Shown here in pieces: positions 1 through 13,036 of a stretch of 64,000 nt of DNA (its first letter is position 1; every line of letters starts with the position of its first letter). The DNA is from Eledone cirrhosa. Its lineage: Eukaryota. The notes beneath the pieces were generated by a model, which did not search any database, was not told the DNA's origin, and worked only from the letters and a program-made list of their open reading frames with translations. The stretch covers positions 242,482,001-242,546,000 of the forward strand of contig OZ024742.1 of assembly GCA_964016885.1 (NCBI GenBank). The letters are read 5' to 3'. The position numbers were made by a program, and so were the translations under genes.

Positions 1-1725
1 AAAGTACAAACTATGATATGCATTTTTAAGATACGTCAATAAAATAATTTCCTTTGTGACCGTATACCTGCGAGACCAAAGAAGCTTCGTCCTAATAATT
101 CATAAATTTCTTCTGGAATCTTTCCATAATCAGTGCTTGCCTGTTTCGTGTAGTCAATATATCTACTTGAATGAAAGGCGATGGATAACAAAATCGGTAG
201 TGTGCCGGGCAAAATGCCTAACTGTATTTAGTTGCATTCTTTTGTGTTTTGAGCTCAACTCCTGTAGGTATTGACTTTCCTTTTCATACATCTGAGATTG
301 ATAATGTTAAGGCCAGTAATATACAGAACAGTGGGTTAAGACACGGTACACGTAACCTTGTGCCAATGCTAGGAATCAATAAGTGTTTTTGCTGTTCCTA
401 TTTGTATTTTTATTAGTTTTAAGACATTTACAAATTAACCACCTACACTCATATATGTTTCAATCAACATAGAGTAAACTATGGTGTCTCAACATATAAC
501 TTAAAAGATTTTGCCAGCCAGTGTTATTAAGTTACAAATTACAGGGGCTAATACTGGTCAAAACCTAGCAAAGCCCTCAATGTTATATAACATTACATAT
601 ATATATGTCTGCGCACGTATGCGTGTGCGCGCGTATGTGTGTGCGCGCGTGCGTGTGTGTGTGTTTGTGCGCGGGTGTGTGTGCGTGCATGTGTGTGTGC
701 GCGTGTGCGTGTGTATGCGTGTGTGTGTGGTCGTCTGGAATTACATACGTATATATAATTTATACTTAAAAATCTAAAATGTTTATATTCATAATCTCTG
801 GTTGCTGTAAATCATTAACATAGAGGTATTTCAGTGTTAGTTTGGACTATGTTAGACGCTAATTGAGACAGCCTATGTACTCTGTTGATGAAGTAGCTAC
901 TAAATGGATATGATGACAAACTTTATCACTGTTATGGACAACTGACGAACTATAATTCACGAAGACTTTCATTAGCTTATACTGGATAATTACATTTTTG
1001 TCAAGAGCATACATCATATAGTTAATTGATGTGTGATACGTGTGACACGCGGGGTGCACATGAAAAAGATCATACGCAGTTAGCTTTGAATATGAGCCTC
1101 GAAGTGGTGCCCGGCGTAATTACCTCCCGAAGTCACAGATTTACTAAGATAGGCAACAGTGCATCCCAATTTTTATGTGACTCGTATACTCGACTCAAAC
1201 ATATGCCAAACATTAAAGTATAGGCGTTGTAAATAGATCTTATGTCTTTATTAGTCCCTACTAGACTAAATAGTTATAGCTACAGGATACTTTATGTTTG
1301 TTTATTAAATATAAATAATATATAGGTGGCAAAGCTACAGTAATGATCCACCCGATTGTGTTTCTTCATTTTTCTTAATAATGCATATTTTGTAAACATA
1401 CATTATCGAAAGTGTAGATTATCTCGATGAAAATATTAATTCTATAGATGCGGTTCTTAATTGTTAAAATGGCATTAAGTTTCAGTGTGTTTTTTTGTTT
1501 TTGTTTTTTTCATTATAAACATGAACATGGAAGGCGAAACGAAAACATTCTGAATTTACTTTTAGCGTAATTACAAATGGAAATATTTTAATATATACAT
1601 ATATATCTGAGGTATATGATTTTTAATGCGATGAAATACCAATGATGGTTGGCAAATCACTGACGAGGGACTAATTTTATAATATGTAACCCATGTGCAA
1701 CCACGCAGTATTTCTCTTTCTTCTC

Positions 1726-1762
<37 letters not shown>

Positions 1763-1990
1763 ACGATATATTTAATCGATTTCCACGTGCTATTGAAATG
1801 GTGGGTAAATATTATATGGCTGTTGATCGCGAATAGATGGCTATCGTTTATTTATGTATTATTTCTTCATAGGTGCCTTTTAATCTTATAGCCTGGTTTA
1901 ATTGTTTTTTTTTTGTGTGGTTCATTATGCTAATTGGGAGAGGAAATTGAGTGTATATCTTATCGAATGATTCTAAGGACATAATTTATA

Positions 1991-2040
<50 letters not shown>

Positions 2041-2043
<3 letters not shown>

Positions 2044-2246
2044 AGAAAAACCACAGACCCTCCATCTCAACTCTACTTTTGAAAAGCAGAAGAACTGCGA
2101 AACCGGTAAAGGAACCAAGTAAATATTTTTTTTTTTTAAATAAGACTCCAGTTGCATTTTCGATTTCATCTTTTTTTCTCTATACTTTCACTCGTGCAGG
2201 ACACCTCGGTTATTTTTCATTTTGTAAAAAAAACCTCACTTTCTAA
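2041..2246 (+). mobile_element. Solo pLTR-like repeat carrying a variant hammerhead; same family as the palindrome at 16925-17339
   Basis: Near-identical to 17136-17358; flanked by (TG)n/(TA)n. Confidence 0.7.
2076..2111 (+). ncRNA. Minimal type-I hammerhead ribozyme, U3-A8 core variant
   Basis: ctt-TTGAAAA-gcag(aagaa)ctgc-GAAA-ccgg-TA-aag; palindromic stem III ACCGGT; stem I only 3 bp in this copy. Confidence 0.6.
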
Positions 2247-2592
2247 TATATATATATATAGACGACCAGTCTACGATTTCCCGCCTTCACTATACACCAA
2301 CGTATTTATGGGTCACTTTCACGACCTTTCAGACCTGTATTAGTTGGAGTGAGGTCATATATTTTATCGTTCCTGGGGTTTTTAATCATAGGAAAATGCT
2401 TCTCTGATGATCTTTGCTTTTCCATTAATATCCACGTGATATCTAATGTTTTGCAACGTGAAACTGTACAGTTAGGGCCATTTGAATAGGTAAATATTTA
2501 TATTATATTTTTTAATTTTGATTAATTTTAATTGTATATTAATTTTGATTTATTTTGAAAAATTGGTTGAATTTTACTTGTTCTACTTATCT

Positions 2593-2659
<67 letters not shown>

Positions 2660-2669
<10 letters not shown>

Positions 2670-2853
2670 TGTATATATAGCGTATTTTGCAATACACTGT
2701 ATGCTTAATTAAAAGCATTTCTCCCCTGTTTGCTGAAAACTAAAGTAAGTGAGACTGTCACTACTCTAAAACAATAGCGTAAGGTCTTCGAAATGCTTTT
2801 AATTAAGCATACAGTGTATTGCAAAATACACTATATATACATTCATATATATA
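2660..2853. repeat. Inverted repeat (~60-bp arms) in a (TA)n context
   Basis: gaatgtatatatagcgtattttgcaatacactgtatgcttaattaaaagcatttc followed by its reverse complement; right arm contains GAAA-tgctt..aagca-TA, like an HHR 3' half. Confidence 0.8.
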
Positions 2854-2873
2854 TCGTTATTTCAGAGCACCAA

Positions 2874-2973
<100 letters not shown>

Positions 2974-3060
2974 AAAATAACCTTTTAAGATATCCCATTA
3001 AAAATTGTTTTTTGTTCGTTGTCCTGTCCACTCTTTTTAATTTACTTATATATATATAAA

Positions 3061-3208
3061 AAGGAACGATCGACTTTCGTCAAATCGGTCCGGGAAACAA
3101 AGTTTCCATTGGTCTTCTAATTGCTAATACTATCTATCGGGCGCAATTCCAGGTAGAAGGAGCAAGTGAAATAAAGTGTCTTGCTCAAGGACATAATCGC
3201 CTTCACTT
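3061..3208 (-). mobile_element. tRNA-derived CORE-like SINE, head internally deleted
   Basis: Reverse complement matches 50143-50364, including gtccttgagcaagacacttt. Confidence 0.75.
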
Positions 3209-3234
3209 TATATATATATATTATATCATATATC

Positions 3235-3730
3235 AGGTCGAGCTTGCTCGGCCTTCTACGACACGTTTCCTCCATCCATCTCTGTCTCTCATAGCGTTTG
3301 CCAGTTCTTCCGCAGTGCATCCAGTATCGTCCTCACGTTGCTTGACGTATGTCTTCTTGGGATGACCAGCGTTTCTTGCTCCATGAGATGGACTCCATAA
3401 CAATACATCGCCTGCTATTTCTTCCTTGCTGCGCCAACAGTGGCCAGCAAATCTGAGTCTCTGTTTACGTAGTGACTTGCTGATAGGTGGTATATTGCCA
3501 TAGAGATCCTTATTTGTTGGGTGTTCCTAACAAGATACGTTTAAAGCAGCACGGAGCATACGTGTGTATGCCCTGTCTAGCTTTTTCTCCAGTTTTGACG
3601 TTAGCGTCCAAGTGATAAACAAGCACAGATTCCACAGCAGCTCTGAAGAAATTCCTTTTCAGTTTGGCCGGCAGGTTTGATTTCCATATTTTTTCCATTG
3701 CATTCAATGCTCCCCAGACTTTTCCCAAAG
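3235..3730 (-). mobile_element. RTE-clade LINE 3' fragment (post-RT C-terminus), frameshifted
   Basis: KIWKSNLPAKLKRNFFRAAVESVLVY, then RLRFAGHCWR..LLWSPSHG in a shifted frame; ends in TA-rich sequence. Confidence 0.75.
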
Positions 3731-3857
3731 GTATATATTGAGTTAGAAAATCAAAATAGTCTCTTACAATAAAATAGCTCTAGGAAAGAGATTTTTCCGA
3801 GCCGTGTATTATAATTGAATATAAAAGAAAAACGAACACAGATATATACATATATGT

Positions 3858-4038
3858 GTTCAAATCGTAAGGGACCAGATTCGCTAAGGTGAAAAGAATA
3901 CACGCTGTGTCCTTGAGTAAGACACTTTATTTCACGTTGCTCCTTCTACCTGGAGTTGCGACCGATAGATAGTTTTAGCAAATGGAAAGACCAATGGAAA
4001 CATTGTTTCCTCGGTCCGATTTAACGAAAGTCGATCGA
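3858..4038 (+). mobile_element. CORE-like SINE, degenerate copy
   Basis: gtgtccttgagtaagacactttatttcacgttgctcc... matches 50143-50364. Confidence 0.75.
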
Positions 4039-4074
4039 CTGTCGATATATATATATATGTGGGGGGGTAATATA

Positions 4075-4171
<97 letters not shown>

Positions 4172-4180
4172 ATGTGTGTG

Positions 4181-4227
<47 letters not shown>

Positions 4228-5004
4228 AGGGGAGGCTTGTATGTGTCTGTGTTTTGCTAGGAACAAGTTTACTATATATTTAACATGTACATTATTAATC
4301 ATTTAATTATTCATTCTCTTAGACTTTAAAATCAGTCTTTCACCACATTTCTGTAACCTGTTAACCTTCCTTATCTACATTCAAGCGCAGAGCAATATAC
4401 TTAGATAAAAACAATCACATACATATATTGAGATGAATACTTTTATTTATGTGTGCGTTTGTATATTTATTTGAGTGTGTCTATGATCATGTTTTTGTTG
4501 TCGTGATAGCTAAATCATTATTAATACATAAAATCTATGAATGCAATATATAATTCTACAATCGGATATATAGGTTGCACGTGCTCCTCAAATCGTTGGC
4601 AATATGCATTGCTGTTCTTGTGGATTTTTGGTGTATCATTTGATCATAGGAAAAACAAACACCTTGAGATTATGTCATGCTAAAAAATTTATAATTTAGC
4701 TTACTTTAAGAAAACCACAATGCTGCAAGCGTTATAATTTTCCGTACTGGTTTGAAAGATTAGAAAGATTTCCCGTTAGTATTGACTAAGTCAAAACATA
4801 AATATCAGGCAAAATAATTTAATTTTGTAAACCAATACATGAAGCGTTGAAGCAAAGAAACTCCGCATCAGGTAAATAAATAATTTCCCTTTGGTTGTTT
4901 CTTGTGTATTTCTTAATAATGGAACCAGACCTTTTAAAGTTGTAACCATTGCAAATTAACTTCAGTATGCTAGTTTCACACCCACACACGCGAACACACA
5001 CGCA

Positions 5005-5094
<90 letters not shown>

Positions 5095-5190
5095 AAGATC
5101 AGTGCGTGTATGCGTGCATGTATGTATGCATGTGTATATATATATGGGTTTTTTATAAATATATATATATATGTATATTATATATATATA

Positions 5191-5365
5191 GCAGTATCGG
5201 TAGAGGGTCGGACGCCATGCTTTCCAGCATAGTTACGTCCCTTTACAATCTGAGTTCAAATCCCGCCGAGGTTGACTTTGCCTTTCATCCTTACGGGGTC
5301 GATGAAATAAAGTACCAGTAATGCACTGGGTAATTGCTGGCCTTGTGCCTAAAGTAGAAACAATT
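5191..5365 (+). mobile_element. tRNA-derived SINE with Meta-like central domain
   Basis: B-box gagttcaaatcc; gcctttcatcctt..ggggtcgat..aagtaccag; at least 4 further copies in the window. Confidence 0.75.
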
Positions 5366-7134
5366 ATATATATGTGTGTGTATATATATATAGATAGATA
5401 TTGATGTTTGAATGTATTCGTATGTATACATGTGTATGCGTGCGCGAGTTTGTGTATATAAGAAGTTTTTTTAGAGATAATATTGCAATTGTGATCTGAC
5501 TGTGGATAGTCATAAAGGAAATCTTTTATTGAAAACATTTGACAGCTGGGATATATCTTCTAGTTTTTTGTACCAAACTATGCTCATGATATTACAAAAT
5601 TCTGCAACTGTCTCCGACATAATTGTTTTCCGTTTCCCTCTAAATTTGTGATCAAAGCAAGTTACCTATTATATTTCCATTCTTAGTAAATTAATTATTT
5701 TTTGGTTATTTATCGAATTTCATTATGCCTTGTTTCCAGGCTTTGTTTTATTTCGTCTTTTGATTAGACTATATTGTAAATAGTCGAAGTGGCAACATTC
5801 TTAATTTTAATATTCTTTCTAATATTCGACCGTACTGTACTCGCAAAAATGAACATTTTAAAAAACAAACGCCATCTCCGCACAACTATCATGTTTGTAA
5901 TATTTCCATAGAGATCAGATTCTTAACAGAAAAAATTGATTGCAGTCCGTTATGGTTTAAGGTCATTTATAACAAATGAAATACTTCAATTTACTCTTGA
6001 AATTTGTTTCAGCTTATTCAGGTGAGGAAAGAATATACTTTAAAATAAAGCGAATGTTTAAACTTTTTATATTTTAAAAAGGTTTGATTCATTCCATAAA
6101 CCAGAAACTTCCCTAATTATTCATATTGTCACTATTGAGAACTGTTGAATGACTGTGTTAATATAGTGCAAGTTTATAACCTTTTGTGTGTATTTTATTG
6201 GATGCAGTTGTTTTAGGAAAGGATGCGAAAATGTATGATGTCTATGCCATTTCATTAGTATCGGTGAAAGGCTGATAGAATATTTTGTTCGTAGCCTATT
6301 TCTTATTAACTAATATCTATACATGTTGGTGACGACTTTGGATCTTCCGCTAAATTAAAGCCATGACTTATTGTTAGATGCACAGTTTGATACAACATAT
6401 ACTTTCATTCCTATAAAACAGACATCTTATCTCATCTCATCAAAACACAATACTTGAAATGTTATCAGGTATGTGATAAAGGGCAGGTCTTTTCTCTTTC
6501 TGTAGAGAAACCCCATCGGAATAAACTTGTTCTAAGACTCCTCTAAATATACAGGTACTAAGGTTTTCTTTGTTTATTCCATAGAGCGAAATGGGGCTGA
6601 ATGACAATAAGATTTATGAAATGAGAATTAGCAGATCTATCTGTTCAGCACCTTTACATATCTGCGAAGAAAACAAAACGCAGCAGAAATATTAGAATAG
6701 ATATTGGGAAGATACAAGGACATCGGTTAGCTAGAGGTTGTAGAGAGTATTACTCTAGATAGATTAGTCACAGTAAAGATAGTAGCACCTATGAACATTT
6801 TGAAGGACCTCTATACTATGTAACGTATTATGTTTATTCATTAGATAATAGGTATAGTTCATTTCTGTCAACGAAATTACACTCAAAATCCTTGGAGAGA
6901 CTTGTTAAAGGTACTTCTAATTATGACATTTTATTTCTCAATTACACGAAACAGTGTCAATAATTGTTCAAAGGTGAAATATGTTATGTTTGATCTATGG
7001 CATAATAACAGGGATACGTCGTCACTATGAAAAATAATTAAAAATAAAAACATATGTAACACACTGAAGAAAGTGTACTTATGAGTTATCAGTAAAGTGC
7101 ATGTTTTTGACGACTATAATTAATGGAAGGAGTG

Positions 7135-7314
7135 GTGGATTGGCAGTATCAGTAGAGGGTCGGACACCATGCTTTGCAGCATAGTTACGTCCCTTTACGA
7201 TCTGAGTTCAAATCCCGCCAAGGTTGACTTTGCCTTTCATCCTTACGGGGTCGATAAAATAAAGTACCAGTAATGCACTGGGTAATTTCTGGCCCTGTGC
7301 CTAAAGTAGAAACA
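7135..7314 (+). mobile_element. Meta-like tRNA SINE with 19-bp target-site duplication
   Basis: TSD ataattaatggaaggagtg at 7116-7134 and 7315-7333. Confidence 0.85.
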
Positions 7315-7380
7315 ATAATTAATGGAAGGAGTGTTTGAGGACTCTTCTCCAACGACCTTCTCAGGGACAACGACGACGAC

Positions 7381-7527
7381 GAAGTAGAAGAAGAAGAAGA
7401 AGAAGAAGAAGAAGAAGAAGAAGAAGAAGAAGAAGAAGAAGAAGAAGAAGAAGAAGAAGAAGAAGAAGAAGAAGAAGAAGAAGAAGAAGAAGAAGAAGAA
7501 GAAGATGATGATGATGATGATGATGAT
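7381..7527 (+). repeat. (GAA)n then (GAT)n microsatellite
   Basis: Direct reading. Confidence 0.95.
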
Positions 7528-7770
7528 AATTAATCAATTTGTATCCTTAAATGATTTGTACGCGTATTGAAAATATTTTCATAAACCTCACAGAATTACT
7601 CTTCCTATGTATGTGATGGTACTGCTGCTACGCACAAACCTTCATACTTGATTGATTTCCCAACAAGCTTTCTATTTCTTGACAAACATTTAATCACGAA
7701 GAAGCTTCATCAACCCGACTAAAGATGCTCTGTTTCTTCTCTCTATCTCTTATATCGCTACTATAATGAT

Positions 7771-7973
7771 TTCTACTATAGGCACAAGGCCAGCAATTTG
7801 GTGGCAAAGTCGATTATATCGCCCCCAGTGTACTACTGGTACTTTATTTTATCGAACCCCGTAAGAATGAAAGGCAAAGCTAACCTCGGCGGGATTTAAA
7901 CTCAGAACGTAAAGGGCCATAACTCTATGCTGCAAAGCATGGTGTCTGACGCTCTACCGATACTTCCAATCCA
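7771..7973 (-). mobile_element. Meta-like tRNA SINE with ~15-bp TSD
   Basis: cgctactataat(g/a)at at 7756-7770 and 7974-7988. Confidence 0.8.
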
Positions 7974-8120
7974 CGCTACTATAATAATATATGTTTCCTT
8001 GAAGTAGCTTCTTCCACCATCTCTTCATCCTAGCCTACTCATTGCAAATGCATTCTTCCTCCATCCTTCATAGTGCGTCTCACTTATCAGATTCTGCACT
8101 AAATACTTCACCCACTTATT

Positions 8121-8154
<34 letters not shown>

Positions 8155-8182
8155 AATAAGTATAACATATACATATACATAT

Positions 8183-8340
8183 ACATGGACACACTAGAAG
8201 AGGAAGACCAAGGTTAACGTATTTTGATGCCCTAAGGACAGACACTGGTCTGTTGGAGATGCAGGACATGGCAGCGATAATGAGGGACAGAGACCGCTGG
8301 AGAGAACTCGTCCATGGATCTCGGGAATTTTACCCGCCTT

Positions 8341-8343
<3 letters not shown>
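8183..8343 (+). mobile_element. Short 3' end of an RTE LINE, same family as 50964-51374
   Basis: Nearly identical to ~51215-51374; ends tttacccgccttaga followed by (TA)n. Confidence 0.85.
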
Positions 8344-8391
<48 letters not shown>

Positions 8392-8407
8392 TATATATAT
8401 AAGTATA

Positions 8408-8450
<43 letters not shown>

Positions 8451-8930
8451 TTTATATATATATATATAAATACATGTATATATATATACAATTGTTCTCC
8501 ATGATCCACGTATGAAGTATTATCTTCGTTTTTTCCGTTCATTGCCAGAGAACGTCTCTATGAACCACCTAAGAGAACATTAGTCTACGACCTCTTTTAT
8601 ACCATAAACGTGGTTCTGTCTTTGCGTGTAATTGTTTTTTCACCGCTCCTATTAATGACGTATTATATACGTTTTTTCCCGTTCTTTGCCAGGGAACGTT
8701 TCCACGAACCAAAGTATCGTCTTCCTGTCTTCCTCCGGTTGCAGCGTTTTTTGAAATATCCACATCTGCGTTTACAGATTGACTTTGTTAGTTTCAGAAG
8801 ATCCCGTTAAGGGTGAAAGCAGCGATTCTTTGCTTAAACTTTAATCTGTTATTTTAATAAATATTTGCTCTACGGTTCTTATATATTTGATATATATTTA
8901 TCCTTATATATATATCAAATATATATATAT

Positions 8931-8999
<69 letters not shown>

Positions 9000-9005
9000 T
9001 ATATA

Positions 9006-9055
<50 letters not shown>

Positions 9056-10885
9056 GTATATGTATATATATGTATATGTATATGTATATATATATGTATA
9101 TGTATATATATATATATGTGTGTGTGTGTATATAGTTGTTATATAGTAAGGTGTATTATTGGTTGTCTCATACGGTCCAGTAAACTTTTGTTAGCAATAT
9201 TAAGTTCTCCACGCTTATGTATATCTCCAATTCCATTTATTGGAACAGCTTGATGATGTAAATGCAGAGTATTTGTATCAAAATAAAGATCCGAAGGCAT
9301 GGTATAAATTTCCAATCATTTTAATAACGACACATGTTTCAATCAGAGACAGATTGATCGTGTGGTCATGATCAATTATCACTGATTTCATGAGGTGAAA
9401 ATGAATTGTCTTCAAATTCTTGATATGAGGAAGAAGAAAAAAAAATAACGATGTTCTCTCACAGAATTCATTCCTCATATGAAAACACACCAGTCAGAGA
9501 CAAGGCGACTGCTATTAACTTCAGTTGAGGTCAGAAAAGTTGTCGGATTTCTATCGCTGCAAAAGACGCTGGTCATCAATCAAATCTGTAGGGATATAGT
9601 TAATGTGAGTGGGTACACACACACTCCACACCACATACTCCGGCTCGAGGTCAAATAAAGAAATATATACATATATATACACACATCAACACAGTATCAA
9701 ACCTGTAGAATTATACAAGGTCACAGTTAGTGTGGGTGGGTACACACACACTCTCACACACACCGAAGCGATGTCAGAGAAAAAAACAAATATAAGGAAA
9801 CAAATATAAGAATGTACCAACACAGCATTCACCGAAAGTTAGTTCACAAAACAACAGATGCTATACTGGTCAAATCTCAATTTGACGATGTAAATTGGAA
9901 ATATTGGGTTAACCAACGCCCCATACACACATACACTCACACAATACTCACACAAGCAAGTAAGTTCAGTTCAGTGTTCTGCTATATGTGTATAGATTGA
10001 ATTGTAACATCCATATCTTCAAGTGTATGTTATGGTATATACACATCCGAATCGTCGAAAAAAAGGATATGTCTGTGTATACACACATCCATGTGAAGAG
10101 CAAGCAATCAGCTCATATCGAACTCAGTATGTACCGCTGTCCCATTAAGACTCCGAGTCACCAAATCCGTGCGTGCAAGCAACCGCAATGTAGGCCAGTA
10201 AGGTGCTCCGTGTAGGGTTTGGTATTGGGTAAATGCGTCAGTAAGTGCGATTCCCGTCATATGGGCCAATGAACTTTTAAGATAGTTGTTTGAGTGGTGG
10301 AGGTGTGTTATCCAACACAGAAGGTGAAGTAAAAGAACAGGGTAGTAAAATCCAGAGGATGTGTGTAGGCCCATTAATGGTGTGTAAGTAATATTGTTCA
10401 ATCTGTAATGAGTCCTCCAAGGTTAGATGATCACGCATAAAAACCTAGTGTAGTGTTCAGTCGGTAGGAACGTGACAGTCGTAATTGTGGGAGCTCAATG
10501 TCTAAAGGCAACGGGTACTGTGTGTAGAGTTATGTATAGAGAGCGTAATCGGTCCAAACTAAATGTGTAATACGACTAGCTATATCCCAACTGAGAGAAC
10601 TCAATGGTTAGGGTATCTTAAAGTAAAGGTAGATGCGCGTAATCGGTCATGCCTGAGTGTGCAATCAATTACTAACTAGGTATTCTAAGTATGTAATCAA
10701 TCTAACTATTTACTAGCTAGGTATTCTAAAAAGGTGCACTCTGCTGTGAGAACTCCGTGGAAACAGGCCGAGTATCGTTTGTAAGTTCGCAAACAATCTT
10801 AGCCGTCTAACTATCTGAGTGTGTTACTGTCTGTTTATTGAGAGAACTCTATGGCTAAAGTAGAGAGGGAGGAGTTAGTGGTAGG

Positions 10886-11863
10886 TTACCTTCCAAAAAT
10901 CCTGCGGAAGGTTTTCGAGGTTCTATGTTGGCAGTTGCTGAAAAAATCAGCTCTCCTATTAATTATTAGGGGACCGCCTCTAACAATATTAAAGGTTTCA
11001 GCTTTACATAAATTGCAGACGCCAGTGCTGCCGTTATAAGGTTGGGCTGAGCAAACTATGGACCAGGATAAGGAGTGCTCTATATTCTGATGTTTAAGCT
11101 TCCAGACTAATTCAGAAAGTGCCGTGCTATTTTTTTTATCTAATCTATTAAAGGTATGGCGGTGATTATACCATCTATCCTTAAATTCCGTGGCAGTTGC
11201 CCCAACATACCTAAAGGTTCTATCAGGAGTGGAGACCTTACAGTCGTAGACTATGTTTTTGGTAAGGCATTTCCCAGCCATGGGGCAGGTGGCGGTGCTT
11301 CTGCAGTTACATTTTTTGCTGTCGACCTGGATAGTTCCAGATGGACCATGGTACTTTTGGGGTCGGGTCTCAGTTCTGTCTGCTCTATGGGTAGATTCCC
11401 TGGGGTTGGGGAGACCCGACTCTCGCGTAAGGGTCAGTTCCTCCATAGAGCTGCCATTGTTCCTGCCATGCCTAATTCCCTCTTGGGCTGTCCTAAGTCT
11501 ACTATAATTCATCTTAGCTATATTCTGAGCTATGTTACTAGTTGTGGAGTAGGACAGCTTGATGGTATTCCTATTGAATATTTTATAATATCTATGCGAT
11601 CTAGGGAAGCATTTGTCTAAGGCTCTAAAGAAGAGCTTAGCTATACTAGTAGTCAGGCCAGTGGAGTAAGGGGGATTATACCACATGGCTTTTCTGGTCC
11701 GATGCCTCTTGTTCTTACTAACTATATTAGAGTTACCTGTCTCCCTAGTGGTTACTGGTCTAATGTAACTGGAAATTGCCTGTGGGTCGATGGTGTCCTG
11801 GGGTGTCACGATTGTGTTCAGAATCGTCCCATCTCCAGGGCGGAGTACCCCTCGTGCGGCCAT
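10886..11863 (-). pseudogene. PLE polyprotein C-terminus: Cys knuckle + GIY-YIG endonuclease
   Basis: 325-aa ORF with the motifs listed for 9132-12876; upstream RT part is frameshifted and truncated. Confidence 0.85.
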
Positions 11864-12613
11864 TGGGATTACCCTCGATAGCCGGGGTTATATCCACTAT
11901 GCGTCTGCTACACCTGTCCCTATTCCCCCTACTCGACCCTCGTTCCAAACTGCGTTCAACGGTAGTTTTATCGGTTCTACAATTAAGGTTACCATTATAG
12001 TTTCCGCTGGCATTACGTTGCTCAGACCCCGTGTTAGTCGTTGTTTCCATTGGTACCAACAGCATTGGGACTAGGCGGCAATGCAACATGAAGTTTATAT
12101 AAATCCTCCCTCGTATCACGCCTGCTGTTAACTAGAGTGTCACTATTTAGGCCTAAGCTATCGCAGGCAATGCTGCTTCTACTATTTAATGGACGTTTGA
12201 ATGAGATTCCCTCGCTATGCCCCACGCGTTCCAGGGCGCTATTATAGTAATTCGAGATCTTATTAAAGGTATCTTCATTGGAAGATAGTCCTGAAATTCT
12301 ACTAGAGAGGCTTTTGGTAATACCGTTCGTGACTATATTAGGGTGGTTCGATTTTTCGTTGACATAGTTTAAGTTTCGTTGGGTTTGTGGTAGGGTTGGA
12401 AGAGTCCTGAATTGAGGTTAAGTGTAACATCTAGAAAATTAACTAGCGTCTTTTGCAGCGATAAAAATCCGACAACTTTTATGACCTCAACTGAAGTTAA
12501 TAGCAGTCGCCTTGTCTCTGACTGGTGTGTTTTCATATGAGAGAATGAATTCTGTGAGAGAACATCGTTATTTTTTTTTTCCCTCATATCAAGAATTTGA
12601 AGACAATTCATTT

Positions 12614-12687
12614 TCACCTGATGAGATCAGTGATAATCGATCATGGCTTCACAATCGATCTATCTCTTATTGAAACATGTGTCGTGA
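12614..12687 (+). ncRNA. Type-I hammerhead in the inverted pLTR
   Basis: tcac-CTGATGA-(long stem II)-GAAA-catgtg-TC-gtga; GUC cleavage triplet. Confidence 0.75.
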
Positions 12688-12870
12688 TTAAATGATTGGA
12701 ATTTTACCTTGCCTTCGGATTTCCATTTTGATACTTATACTCCGTTTTACATCATCTAGCTGTTCCCTTGAATGGAATTGGAGATATACAAAAGCGTGGA
12801 GAACTTAATATTGTTAACATAAATTTATTGGACCATTTTACACAACCAATAATGCACCTTACTATATAAC

Positions 12871-12930
<60 letters not shown>

Positions 12931-12970
12931 GATATTAAACAAATGGAAACTACATTTATATAACCATATT

Positions 12971-13036
12971 TATTTCATTATATATATTTCAGGGATATCA
13001 TATTAAAAATATGGTATGCCCTCCTCAGACAAAATA
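12971..13036 (-). ncRNA. Type-I hammerhead in the presumed 3' pLTR of the PLE at 14409-15296
   Basis: Reverse complement: tattttgt-CTGAGGA-gggcataccatat(tttta)atatgatatccct-GAAA-tatata-TA-atgaaata. Confidence 0.75.

Larger units (their letters stand above)
9132..12876 (-). mobile_element. 5'-truncated Naiad-like PLE with 3' pLTR (9132-9573) and inverted pLTR at the 5' end (12442-12876)
   Basis: RT end (FLDVTLNL..PYHKPN), WYNPPYS, IFNRNTIKLSYS, CNC..CP..GKC, GIY-YIG (IVYDC..YVGAT..RWYNH), CNLC..CQH; diverged ~440-bp inverted terminal repeats; (TA)n on both sides. Confidence 0.85.

Noticed and set aside
56-300. Possible minus-strand exon; similar candidates at ~24780-24842 (+) and ~56686-56789 (-)
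   Set aside because: Only generic splice-like dinucleotides and short open frames; no recognisable protein similarity
1655-1700. CTGACGA followed by ggg..ccc
   Set aside because: GAAA box absent
8790-8865. HHR-like cagaaga-tccc(gttaa)gggt-gaaa, second copy at ~33722-33798 (-)
   Set aside because: Core altered and no stem I or UH site can be formed; at most a decayed remnant
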